Positions 34,801 to 45,037 of a stretch of 64,000 nt of DNA are shown in pieces. Positions within the stretch are counted from its first letter, which is position 1. The number at the start of each line of letters is the position of its first letter. The translations under genes were made by a program, and so were the position numbers. The stretch covers positions 508,384 through 572,383 of the forward strand of contig OZ025687.1 of NCBI GenBank assembly GCA_964019335.1, written 5' to 3'. The DNA comes from Diplonema japonicum. Lineage: Eukaryota > Protista > Euglenozoa: Diplonemea. The notes below the pieces were generated by a model. The model searched no databases, was not told the DNA's origin, and was given only the letters and a program-made list of their open reading frames with translations.

Positions 34801-34830
34801 AGGGAGCGCGGGCTGAAGGACTTCTTGTAA
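31828..34830 (+). CDS. Protein with degenerate cyclic-nucleotide-binding domains (1000 aa)
   Basis: KGAAILRRGDWVTGCFVCIQG, LLQSCPFFSHW, LHVIAEG-like (VHVIAEG), LEAGSIVG patterns; N-terminal SH3/Tudor-like VGDSVDWR...W..GRV. Confidence 0.7.
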   Translation: MQDVSNTGLQHSGVLGEAKEKWVLELPMRVEGLELLLDKSAKKEENAEEEEEEACEWSSSTSESCSAVSEGEPPPVTTFGVGDSVDWRSPCGKWVGGRVLSILHNGVLDILADGVKHRTFVNCVQHPISLSYTQQGPVPPKIPAPRVRPTPPPWNKPVDWTHKVAARQHAIEMRKAAVVADIEARYLARQKRAGRNRHVPTARDQHAQRGHKWLGVAVLASRTLLFYNQTAQQLAARRLQHLLIPLIRKVIYRRKLQCPPQHEPFVTTVLSRYLTGWPHNKVVSIVRRATMLELSKKGAAILRRGDWVTGCFVCIQGSFTPCLNDEEVVAHTALIRVEQAPETVCTTEEDCLFCIVPRYLIEREVRGNASLEKWLAARVLEQRVAYAKEHRKLTVALLQSCPFFSHWTRPSLEKAVECAVVQLYDKHEEVAIEREVVLNVHVIAEGRGMLVRRGAYKGMESCALRARTNVKWDPSRMEKPWIVPDEETAKCGEQNFVIGHVLGQAPGSHDHYELEDGRYLAGNLEAGSIVGLDCVAGMLSDESFITSTSVTLWAVPLARLLSSTPEQDMAVLYRWKAVRAAGIITTSPITPSHLLRMTIFRKLDSSVKKQLLPLLWELTTLLRLSYHAPGVVFEDTTACFVGFASRGVLQCADNTMDPLVYGQPSKSLFALTTFDPYHASATFTVKTRTFLCLWTLSSKELSDCIINSPFADLVLPCDTLPRWVTDAVTCDDLGAPTGVVANAHEDEMLVSKPPVLPKSHRLMRLAAAEAECETKLQVLRLIRAEQGSFYQKKRQELWCRLRTARQDVSKLRAKGISHLVWSHEGDETEDSVAGSPHSQKHTSPITFGRSGKASPKAVSKFSAEFVGANFGTNICSSFPAENFERVTFTLSNPPVPRPPPDSPDSAVYTSKPPKPVAETQNIPRAASTTGHKQARFATLKLKEHSRYMTGVERKQQEFVQSTAASIDAVRQTHVPLKTTFADIVSKWEIIERERGLKDFL

Positions 34831-34890
34831 GGTTTTACTCCCATTAGTTATCAGCAGTTACACAGGTCCGCTGATGCAAAAAAACACAAG

Positions 34891-35320
34891 ATGAGCAACA
34901 GCGACAGTGATTTCATTTCAGATAGTAGCAGTGGTCCAGCTTGCGTGGTGTGTGGGAACCACGGTGGCGGGAACCTCCTCTTGAAGTGTGTGGCGTGCGA
35001 CCTTGCTCTTCACTCCTTCTGCTGCCACAAGCCATTAGGTGCTGCGAGCCTGAAAATCACCAACTGGAGGTGCACGAAGTGCTTCAAGGGACACGAAGCA
35101 CGCAGCGAGCTGCTACCCAGGTACGCACAGCGCACTCCGTACATTACACAGAATACGGAAATACCGAAAGTTCAAATCGAAACACGACAAAGCAAGCGGC
35201 GTCAGCATCGCTACCCAAACTGACACCCCCAAGCCCATCCCCGTCCCCGTCCCTACCCGTTGCCCCGTCCGTTATCGTATTACAACATACACAGCATACC
35301 ACCCCCCTACAGGCATTTAA
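34891..35320 (+). CDS. PHD-finger protein (probable exons 34891-35120, 35152-35320; 3' end uncertain)
   Basis: C4HC3 pattern CVVC...LLKCVACDLALHSFCC...WRCTKC; 31-nt GTACGC...ACACAG intron candidate 35121-35151; unspliced ORF stops at 35223. Confidence 0.7.
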
Positions 35321-35335
35321 CACAAGTAACCAAAG

Positions 35336-36956
35336 ATGGCATTCCTTATCGATGTTGGTAGCGACCTGTTTGGCACCAAGTGCAACGTGTCCCTTGAGTT
35401 CCCTGCGCGGCCCTCTGTCACAGAGCTCACTGCTGCGTGCGAGTCGAACTTTGATGTGAGGGCAAGGGCCCAACGCCCTGCAGGGTACCCTGACACGCCT
35501 TTCAAGGTTGAGACTTTCCAACTCTTCGACGAGACTCTCCTGCGGTGGGTTGACCTTTACAATGAGCAGCAGCTCCGCCACGGCTCTCAGCTCTGGTGCT
35601 TCCAGCCGGAGTCCATCTGGCACAGTGACGCCCAGGGCGTCATCCCTAGTGCCCAGAGAGCACCCGTCACTTGGACCACACCCCTTGGCTCCCCCAGGAG
35701 GGCCAGGATCGCTGCTGACGCTGGTGTCCCTCCCACTCTGTCCGAGAAGCTGCGCTCTGTGTTTTTCCAGATTGACGGTCAGAACAAGGGTTATCTCCTG
35801 TACCAGGACCTCGAGGGTACCTTCACGAGGTGCGACATGGCCTTCACGCAGGGCACAGCGGGCGATCTCTTCACGCTCGCCGATCAGAACAGGTCGCAGC
35901 ACATCACCTATGACGAGTGGGTCAACTTTGCAGTGAGGTGCCCGTCGGTGGTCGATGCACTGTTCTTCAGGATGCGCGACATGACGCAGGACATCCCCAA
36001 CTCCCCTCCTGGCTACGACGCACAGAAGCAGAGGCAGCAAGAGTTGCAGGACTACTACAAAGACTCGTGGAGCACTCCTGCCAAGGTGCAGCAGGAGAAG
36101 GACTTCCGAGTTGCAATGGAAGCCGAGAAGAGGAGGGCAGATGCTGACTCAGCGCTCAGGGAGCACCAGGATGCTTTGGAAAAGGCTCAGCAGGCAGCAC
36201 AGTTGCACGCCCAGCAGCATGCACGTGCCAGACAGATCGCCAGCGACCAAACCTCTGCCATGGACGAGGCGCAGAACGCGCTGCTCAAGGCGGAGCAGGA
36301 CGCCGCTGCCTTCGCAAACCAGGAGGCTGCTGCCCGTCAGGCAGCGGAACAGGCGAAGTCCCAGCGTGCTGCAGCAGAGGCTGCTCTCCGTCAGGCTCAG
36401 GACCAGCACCAGGCCGCCCAGCAGCAGGCGGACAGCGAGGCGGCAGCACAGTATGCTGCTGAGCAGCATGCGGCCCAGCAGCAGGCGGCTAGGGAGCAGG
36501 CGGCACGTGCTGCCAAGCTTGCAGCGGAGGAGCATGCCCAGGCACTGAGTGCAGAAAAGGCGCAGCAGGATGCTTTGGCTGCAGCACAAGCAACACAAGC
36601 TGCGCAGCAGGCTGCCCAGCAAGCCGCTCATCAGCAGCAGCAAGCAGAAGCTGCGGCACAAGCTGCGCTTGCGGCCCAGCAGGCAAGGGAAAAGGACCTT
36701 GCCAACTCCCCCTACCCCGCCGCGCCTGCACAGACCCCTTACCAGCCTTCTCCGCCTACCTCGGCAATGGACCCCAGGAGGGACTACGAGTCTGCCAAGA
36801 GGAGAGCGGACGAGCTGCGCCAGCAGAAGGAGGACGTATGTAAAGAAAACCTAAAATCAATATCCACAGGCTGAAAGGGAAGAGAGGGAGGCCTGGAACA
36901 AACTGTACTACAGCCCCGCCAGCCCACACTACCTGTCACACAGCCCGCAGCACTGA
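35336..36956 (+). CDS. BILBO1: BILBO1-family cytoskeletal protein: ubiquitin-like NTD, EF-hand pair, Ala/Gln coiled coil (exons 35336-36835, 36870-36956)
   Basis: N-terminus colinear with trypanosomatid BILBO1 NTD as recalled (F12, K15, W71, F89); EF-hands DGQNKGYL and DQNRSQHITYDE; 34-nt intron 36836-36869. Confidence 0.8.
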
Positions 36957-37517
36957 TTGCCTTGTACTCATAGATCCTTAGATGGTGACTTCCCTTTGTA
37001 CCTGCCTTTGTTCTTTGGCTTCCCCCCCGTCACCTCTGTTCCGACCGCTAGCGGCACCGCCTAGGTTGCTATCCCCTTGTCCCAGTTTTTATCTGTTGTT
37101 CAAATTTTGTCTTTTTTTTTTTTTTTTTTGTCCCATCTATGAAAAGTAAGGTGAATGGAGAAATATTTTAAAAAAGAATTAATTCTAGCAGTGGGAAGTG
37201 AAGGCTATCGAAGTTCCTTCCTACTCTTCAGTTCCGCTCTGGTTTCTTCTTTTTTTCTTTCTCCCTTACCTTTTCTTTCTTTGTTCCTTCCCCACCCCGC
37301 TTTTCCCAGCGCCCCTCCCTCATTGTCCCCTACTTTATTTTCACACCCCTTGAAAAAAACCCCCCCAGAAAAAGAAAAAAATTCCTCTCTTTGTTCTTTT
37401 TTTTGTCTTTTTTTTGTTGCCCCTCCCCCGCCCCCCCTCGGTTTTTTCTGTGTTTATATGCTGCGGGCAAAAAAAAAAAAAAAGACGGAGGGGAAAAAAA
37501 AAAAAAAAAAAAAAAAG

Positions 37518-38105
37518 ATGGGCGTAATCCGTGAGAAGCCCACCTGGATCAAACCCTTGGCAAGGGTGTTGGAGGGAAAACCTGCGTTTCACGCAAGCGG
37601 GCGTAAGGATGAAAAGGCCGGGGCGTACTTCAAGAGCGATGACCCCATGAGTTGTTTTGAAAGCGTGGCGGTGCCGAAGGTGACGGTGCAGGATTACCTG
37701 TATTTCCTGTATTCAGAGGTAAGGGAACCAGCTACCTGGCTGGCGGTGGCAGCATTGATATTGAGGATAAAGGAGAAGGGGGTTCTGCCGCTGACGCCCC
37801 ACACAGCCCACAGGGTGCTCCTCGCGGCCCTTGTGGTTTGTGACAAAGCGCAATGCGACTTCCCTTGCCGCAACACCAAGTACGCAAGGATTGGGCTGAC
37901 AAACCTGCAGGACCTCAATGAGCTCGAGCGTGCACTGTTAATCTACGTTGACTTCACAGTGGTTATCCCCCTCTCTGAAGCCAGAGCCGCCAGAGCCTTC
38001 TTTACGACACCCCCTGAGAAGCGCACTGATTCCATATCCCCCACAAAGGGAAGGCTTTTGCTGCCACCATTGAATATAGAAAAGCTCCAAAGGTCGCTGT
38101 TCTGA
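37518..38105 (+). CDS. Pho80/P-U-type cyclin
   Basis: FESVAVPKVTVQDYL, LTPHTAHRVLLAALVVCDK..CD....NTKYARIG......LNELERALL..VDF. Confidence 0.85.
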   Translation: MGVIREKPTWIKPLARVLEGKPAFHASGRKDEKAGAYFKSDDPMSCFESVAVPKVTVQDYLYFLYSEVREPATWLAVAALILRIKEKGVLPLTPHTAHRVLLAALVVCDKAQCDFPCRNTKYARIGLTNLQDLNELERALLIYVDFTVVIPLSEARAARAFFTTPPEKRTDSISPTKGRLLLPPLNIEKLQRSLF

Positions 38106-38184
38106 AAAAAAAAAAAAAAGAAGATTCTTGCGTTAACCTTCTGCAGGTTCACTGGCTTGTGCAACAAACAAGAAACGATGACTT

Positions 38185-38224
<40 letters not shown>

Positions 38225-38922
38225 GCCCTCTTCTTTTTTTTTTTTAAGGGTATAAAGGGGAAAAAAGAAAAAAAGAAAAAAAAAGAAAGAAAGAGAGCTT
38301 ACAAAAGAAAGGGGACATTTCACAAGTCAGAGCGGGGTTTTTTTAAAATTTTTTTTTGTTCTTCTTTCCCCTGGCGCCACGCCGATGATCAATCTCACGG
38401 GTGGGAGAAAAAGGAAAAAAAAAAAAAAAAAAAAAAGAAAGTGACAAAAGAAGGGGAAGAAGAAAAGAAGAAAGAGGGGAACCCATACAAGTTTTCATTC
38501 CCGTTCTCCCCTCCACAGGATAACTTGCTTAAGATAAGGGTCCGTGTAATTTGGTTTTCTCTCTTTTTTTTTTCCACTTTTTTTTTTTTTTTCATGCACA
38601 CTGAAACTTTATCGAATTTTTTTTCAATCATGACCTTTGTTCTATTTACGTTCTCATTTTCTCTTCTTTTCCCCTCCTTGACACATGCTGTTAGCTTGAT
38701 GGGATGGAGCAGGGAATTTATCTGCTGACAGACAAGGAGTGGGAAAAGAACATGAAAAAGAAAAAGAAAAAAAAAGAAGAAAAAGAAAATACCTTTGGCC
38801 GGGAACAGTGACGTGTGCCTCTTACCTGACGAGTCGAGAGCTGTGTCCTTATGCTGAGTGCTACCTAGTACGGCCCTACCTTTGTGAATTTTCTTCTTTC
38901 TTCTTGCAGCGCTTCTTCCTCA

Positions 38923-38960
<38 letters not shown>

Positions 38961-39360
38961 AAACGAGCTATCTCAGGAAAACTCGTTTTGAACTCGAGGG
39001 GTAGGGGAAGGGCTGCAGTTTGTAGTTATATTTTTTTTCCCTCTCTTTCAGTCTTCATTGTTTTCTTGCCCTTCCCCCTCATGTGTGCCTTTTCTCTGTT
39101 TTTTATTTTATTTTATTTTTATTAGTTTCGTCTTTGTGTTCTATTACCACTCCTCGCTTTCTCTCTACTTTATTAGCTTCAAATGTGAATAACTGTTTTG
39201 CCCCGATGCGGACAGTTTTCTTCCCCCCCCCCCTTTCGATTGAATTTTTTTTCTCTTCAAAAAAAAAAGAAGGAGAACAATTGTAAAAAAAAGGGGGGTT
39301 TCTATTTCTTTTTTTTTTCAAGTAGCTATCATAGTCTGAGGGAAAATAACAAGAAAAAAA

Positions 39361-39363
<3 letters not shown>

Positions 39364-39433
<70 letters not shown>
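39364..39433. repeat. (TC)n microsatellite
   Basis: About 35 TC units read directly. Confidence 0.95.
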
Positions 39434-39439
<6 letters not shown>

Positions 39440-39684
39440 CCCCCCCCCCCTCTTCCCCCCCCATTTACGGGTAGATGTGTTCTGGTTTAATTAACTAAAA
39501 AGAAATATCAAAAATAGTATGAAAGAAATCAACAATGAAAAGAAAAGAAAAAAAAAGGGAGAAAAAATGTCACCCTTTGTCCCCCCTAGTAATTGTGAAT
39601 AGAAAAGAAACCACTTTTCAAATGAAAAAATGGCAAATGTAATGTGTTGTTGCCTCGCATTTCCCTTTTGCTTTCTTTTTCTCT

Positions 39685-39716
<32 letters not shown>

Positions 39717-40605
39717 CCCTTCGAGAACGAGTCTTTGTCTTGTTTGAACAAAAGGGGAAAGTTGGCTACATGAAGTTCACCAGGTTATCTACCAGGCATG
39801 CGCAAACAACGACCACACCATCATCTTCTTCTTCTTTTTTTTTTTTTCCTTTCCCCTTTTGCCATCATTCAGCACGTTAGTAAAATAACTCTATGAAAAG
39901 TAATGAAAGAAGAAGAATAAGAAAAAAAAAAAAAACAAAACAAAAAAGGGGGGTGTTAACATGATTTCAAAAAAATATAAGTTTTCACTTTCTTCTTTTC
40001 TATTTCCCCCTTGGCGATCAGCGAATGAAAGAGAAAATAATTTAAAAAAAAAAAAAGAAACCCCCCCTGACGGGTAAATTCACCATTTACTGGATGAAGC
40101 CGTGGCTCTAAATAGAAGCAATATTTATTTTTATTGTATCTATCCCCTTCCCTTATCCTGAGCCATCACCTAATGTGCCGTCAGATTGAAGAAGAAAATA
40201 AAATAAGAAGGTGTTTCTTTTTATCATCTTTTTGTACAGCGATTTAGCGGGGAAAAAAAAAGTATTTTTTTTCATTTCTCATAACGTAATTTATTTTAAA
40301 AAAAGATTTAATTAATTACCCCCCCCCCCCCTCTTCCCCCTTTTTTATTATCAACAAATGAACTAAACGAGAAAAAAAAGAAAGCTATTTGTTACCAACA
40401 AATTGTCATAATTTAACGAGAGTTAATCATGGCACATTTGGCGGTAAGTATTTTTTTTTTTTTTTTTTTTATCTTCCACCTTTTGTCATGTTAGCCACTC
40501 GCTGTACTTGGAACAACAGAGCCAGAGTTGCTAACAACCCTTGGGGGGTTTGCGGGTTTACGCAAGAAAACAATGGCCACAACCCCTCTTTTTTTTTTCG
40601 AGATC

Positions 40606-40636
<31 letters not shown>

Positions 40637-40719
40637 CGAAAGGGGAGTCCTCTTCCCACTCCGTTGGGTTGCTGCTAACACCCCATAAAAATCCCCCCCC
40701 CCCTTTCTTATTTTTTTAA

Positions 40720-42521
40720 CCATCTACCAACGGACCATTTTTGCCCACCAGGGGGTAAATTTTCAAAACTTCAAAAAAAGCTATTCCAGCGCAACGCCGG
40801 GGCTATATGCCCCCGGAAATGCGTCCAGATGTCCCAATTCTAGAGAGAGGGTGCCCACAGCAGGGTCCACCCCCACAACATTGTCAAAAATATCGTTCCT
40901 GAAGTGCCCGAGAGGGGGTACAAAAACAAGTCAAAAAAAATCGACTGTAAAATTCTATAAAAAGCTATTTAAGGCCTTCTTGACGCGGTTCGTATGTGCC
41001 CCAGGCTGGGGGACTTCTTTTTTAACCCCGGGAGGGGTTTCTGGGGGGTATCCCCGGCAAGGTGGTAGTCTTTGAAGCACGGAGTCACGCAAAGTTGTAC
41101 CAAGCAGGCTGAACACTGAAATAGGGGTCTTTTCGACTTGCAATGCTTGCACCGCACGTTGCACTACTTTTTCGGGGAAATGGTCCCAGAAGGTACTGTC
41201 ACGGCGCATTGGGGTCTCAGGGCACTCGTTCTGTGTTTCGGGGCATGGTATTGGGGCAGCCTGCTCTGTAGTTGACTTTAACTGTTGTTTAGACTGCCTC
41301 CCTAGTAGCCCTTCGATGACTGCCTCTTTGAAAGGCGTAAATCCACTGTCGTTCGTACTCAGGGTGTTGGGGGGCAATGCTTCTTTCCAAACAAGCCAAG
41401 CATTCGCCAGAGATTTACCTAACAAGTACAAAAATACTTTTAGGGGCCACTTTTAAGTCATAAGGGAGCGTTTATGCGGCGTTTTGTCACAGCATCACCC
41501 AGCGTCGGTTCCGCCCATTGCGGTGTTGTAAATATGCACTTGGTGGGGGGCGGGATGTCCTTTCCGGCTTTCATTCTCTTTTGGCGGACACGCCAAATTC
41601 GACTTCACCGGAACATCCAACGTCGATAGAAAGCACGCTGGCATGATGTCATGCCACGTTGTGGTGCAAAGGATGCTCGCGTGCTGGTGGAACTGGGTGT
41701 CCCCACGGGATGCGCGTCCTTGGGCATGCGGCCTCGATTCTTTGGGGCATCCATGATCTCCGGGAGGCCTTTGCGATAGGTAGAAGCACGCTTGTTTGTT
41801 TCGCTGTGGAAACACAGATTTCCCAGAATAGTCAAAAAGCGGTCTCTTGACATGACGGTGGCGTACCCAGGGGTGTAGTTGAGAGACGTGGAGCCAGTGT
41901 GCCAGTAATCAGAATAATCTGGCTTGATATCCAAGTCCATCGACAAAAGGACACCTAGGAAGGTATGCAGAGAAGCAGCATCGAGATCCAGGGAGACACC
42001 TTTTTTAGCCGCATTTGCCACATTGTTTGAAGTTATGACCCGAATAACGTTTGGGACGAGCATTTGGAGAATATATGGTATGGCGTTGAGCCTTTGATGT
42101 CAAAACAGGGTCCACAAGGATTCCGATCTTCACGAAACCGGATGCCTTCCAACTGCTCCGGCTTTGCCGTCCAATCACCCTGCTGTGACTCGGAATCGGT
42201 CGAATTCGTATCAGAATCACTGTTTGTATCAAAATTGCATAATAGGGATGAGCCATCAGTGCTGCCATCACTCATAACGTCCTCTTCCGGCCTCTTTTCG
42301 GGCGCCTTTTTGAAGTGATTTTTAAGGGTAAATTTGGGCTGGCGTTTTTTTTCATTTTTTCATTTTCTTGTTAAGTTAGGGCAGCATTTAGTTTATTTTT
42401 TTCATATTTTCCGCGCAGGACCCCGCCGGCAAGAAAGGGCCGGGCTGTATTGCATTGAAAGCCCTTTGCGTAAAAGATTTTTTTTCAAATCGTCTATATA
42501 TAGACGCTCGTTGGTAGATGG
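40720..42521 (-). mobile_element. Defective piggyBac DNA transposon (1.8 kb)
   Basis: Perfect 13-bp TIRs CCATCTACCAACG (40720-40732, 42509-42521); flanks TTAA (40716-40719) and TTAG (42522-42525); transposase remnants inside. Confidence 0.9.
40969..42275 (-). pseudogene. piggyBac transposase pseudogene, frameshifted and internally deleted
   Basis: DYSDYW, MSRDRFLTILGNLCF, WHD...FLST, YNTAMGGTD, KWPLKVFLYLL...LANAW and Cys-rich tail RCKHC...QCSACLVQLC..PCFKDYH spread over several frames. Confidence 0.85.
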
Positions 42522-42740
42522 TTAGTATTTTTTTTTTTTTCCCCTTATGGCGGAACAGAAGAAACACATGCAATTAAAAAAACCAAAAAAAAAAAAAAAA
42601 TCAAACAAAAAAAAAAAAGAAAAAGAAGTTAACCATACCTACCTCATATCTCTGTCCCCCCCAAGGGGGAACACCTTGGAGGTATTAGGCACTGTTTTTT
42701 TTTCTTTTTTTTTTTTTAAACCCACAACACTATTTCTTCC

Positions 42741-42777
<37 letters not shown>

Positions 42778-42840
42778 CTTGCCAACCGATATCGCGATCC
42801 GAATAACGATTCCCTCTCCCGCCCCTCTTTTTTTTCCCAA

Positions 42841-43058
42841 GGGGCAGCAAGACCTTTTTGGTCTGGTCTAGGTGCGTGACGACACCTCCCTATAAGCGAG
42901 TCATTTCAGGAAAGTCTGTGTCAGGTGACGAGACACAGACCGACCTCTCAAAAATAGGGTTAACATGGGTTGCTTTTGAGACGAGGAGTGGTGTCGGCGC
43001 AGGTTAGAATTCACTGTGCCGATTGACTACAAACAGGATTTTGACTTGTTGTCACCCC
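42841..43058 (+). ncRNA. Candidate structured RNA (~215 nt), five hairpins closed by a terminal stem; identity unknown
   Basis: Stems 42850-54/42860-64, 42870-74/42883-87, 42914-22/42932-40, 42946-53/42974-81, 42994-43002/43014-22; terminal stem 42841-51 with 43045-56; G-U pairs favour the + strand. Confidence 0.4.
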
Positions 43059-43230
43059 CCCCCCCCCCCCCCCCCCCCCCACGTTGTTAAAACTTAGAAC
43101 TGTCAAGTGCTTGCTTTACTTTTTGACACCCGAGATCAGAGAGAAGGCGACCAAGCACGCCAACTGTTCCTTCATCTAGAAGGTACTTTTTTTTTTCTCA
43201 TAAGAAAATACAACACAAAACACGCACAAA

Positions 43231-43265
<35 letters not shown>

Positions 43266-43930
43266 TCCCTTTTTTTTCCCCTCCCCCTTCTCCTCCCCTA
43301 TTCATCTATTGTGCCTCGAAGAGGCACAAGAATTTTTTTTTTTATGTACTTCTATTTCTTTTTTTGTTATCTATTGCTATATTTTCCTATGGTTTTTTTT
43401 TTTCTTCTTTTTTTTCTTTTTTTTATTGTGCAGGGCGCCGCGAACACCGGCCTCCTTTAACTCTTATATTTTTTTTTTCTTGCAGAAGAAAGTGAAAAAG
43501 TTCTCAGAATTCTTTCTTTTTTTTTTAAAAGAGAGGGGGTAAAAAAAAAAAAGAGATTTCTTTCCTTCGGTTTCTTCTCTCTCCTCGCCTTCCCACTAAA
43601 GTCAGGTAAGGCCGGTTTTATATCGGCCACCTGTTGAATTTTCTTTTTTTTTTTTTTTTTGAAATATATTTCACCTCTCCTCCTTCCTTTCCCTGGCACA
43701 AAGTGCTCGATTCATCACTTGGGTATTTATGTATTTATCCTTATTGGTATTTGAGTCAGAAAAAAAAGTTCTTTATTTTGAGCCTCTTTGAGAAAAAAAT
43801 AAAAATCTTGCTAGCATGTGTGTGCCTCACCCTCCTCCCAGTTACCTTTTTACACGTTTGCTTTCCTGTCAGGATGGGGCAATGAGAAATAAGTTGGGGA
43901 AAAAAAAAAAAAAAAAAAAAAATAGCTATT

Positions 43931-44470
43931 TACTGCCAACAAGTAATGACTTTACCGTTACCTCGAGGTCGGTAAAGCATTACTTGGCGGTAGGTAAGTG
44001 GTTTTATTTCACGACACTCTGAAATTACTTCACCACGAGGGGCACAACAGGGTGACAAGGGGTACAACAAGAGGGGTTACAAAGGTTACAATACAAGTTG
44101 TTTTTCCTCCTTTTGTTGACTAAGAGCTGCCGCTGTCGCTGGCATTGCCACTGTTACCATCTCTAATCAGGCCTTCCCATACCTGGCGCGGCCGCTGGCT
44201 CCTTTTTTTTCTGCTGCTTCGGTATTTTGAAGTCATTTGGGGAGCTTGGGTAAGCTGACTAAGTTGGTCAATTGAGCTGAACCTGGGGGAAACTAGCAAA
44301 CTGAGAGGAAAAAGTAGCCCCACTGGGAACCGAACCGAGGCAAAAATTGGCCTACCGAGGCATATTATTTAACGGAAACCCCCTATTACTTCACCGTGAA
44401 GTAATGAGATTTAGCGTGAAGTAATGGGCCCCCCGGTGCGTGAAGTAATTTCTGAAGAGTGAAATAAAAT
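43931..44470. mobile_element. Non-autonomous transposon-like element with terminal palindrome, inverted repeats and GTGAAGTAAT iterons
   Basis: Hairpin 43931-43992; inverted repeat 44001-44036 versus 44436-44470; motif repeated in both orientations; partial second copy at 22621. Confidence 0.55.
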
Positions 44471-44997
44471 AAATAAATAAAGAAACGCCATTAATTTCTG
44501 CGAAAGGAGGACTGCGGGGTTTCAAAAAAAGAAAAAGAGAAAAAAAAACCAATTTATTCCGGTCCCCCCCCCCATCCTTGTCCAATGCCATTATTTACTA
44601 TCACTCTTCCTGAGATGAAAGGGGATAGTTAAAAGGGAACCTCGCCTCTCTTTTTTTTTTTTCCCCTCTTCCCTTCTTTTTTCCTGCGAAATTATTTCCT
44701 TTTTTTTTTCTTTTTCTTCCTTCTGTTGTACGTCTCATATCTCCAAACTCTCCAATCGATTTGTGCATTTTCAGAAATAGAATGTTGTGTTGGAAGGAGT
44801 CCTCTCATGGATTGAACGGGGCCTTTTCAAAAGATTTCCTCCAAGTCAACCTTTGAAAGTTTTTAGATATGGTGCTACTCTTTTTTTCTTCTTTTTTTTT
44901 TCTTCTTTTGTTTTGTTGACCTTCCCTAAGAATAAGGCAAAACCCTGGCTGTGTAGTTTTTGCAACTTCCAAGACGTACTACATTGGGACCACACTT

Positions 44998-45037
<40 letters not shown>

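Noticed and set aside
38821-38890. CTTACCTG (U1-like 5' end) and CTGACGA (hammerhead core)
   Set aside because: No U1-70K/U1A loops or proper Sm context; no GAAA after a stem II
42955-42963. TAACCCTA on the minus strand as a telomerase RNA template
   Set aside because: Only 8 nt; G-U pairs indicate the + strand is the folded one
44385-44449. Spaced GTGAAGTAAT repeats as a CRISPR-like array
   Set aside because: 10-bp repeats with 10-14-bp spacers, eukaryotic context, no cas genes
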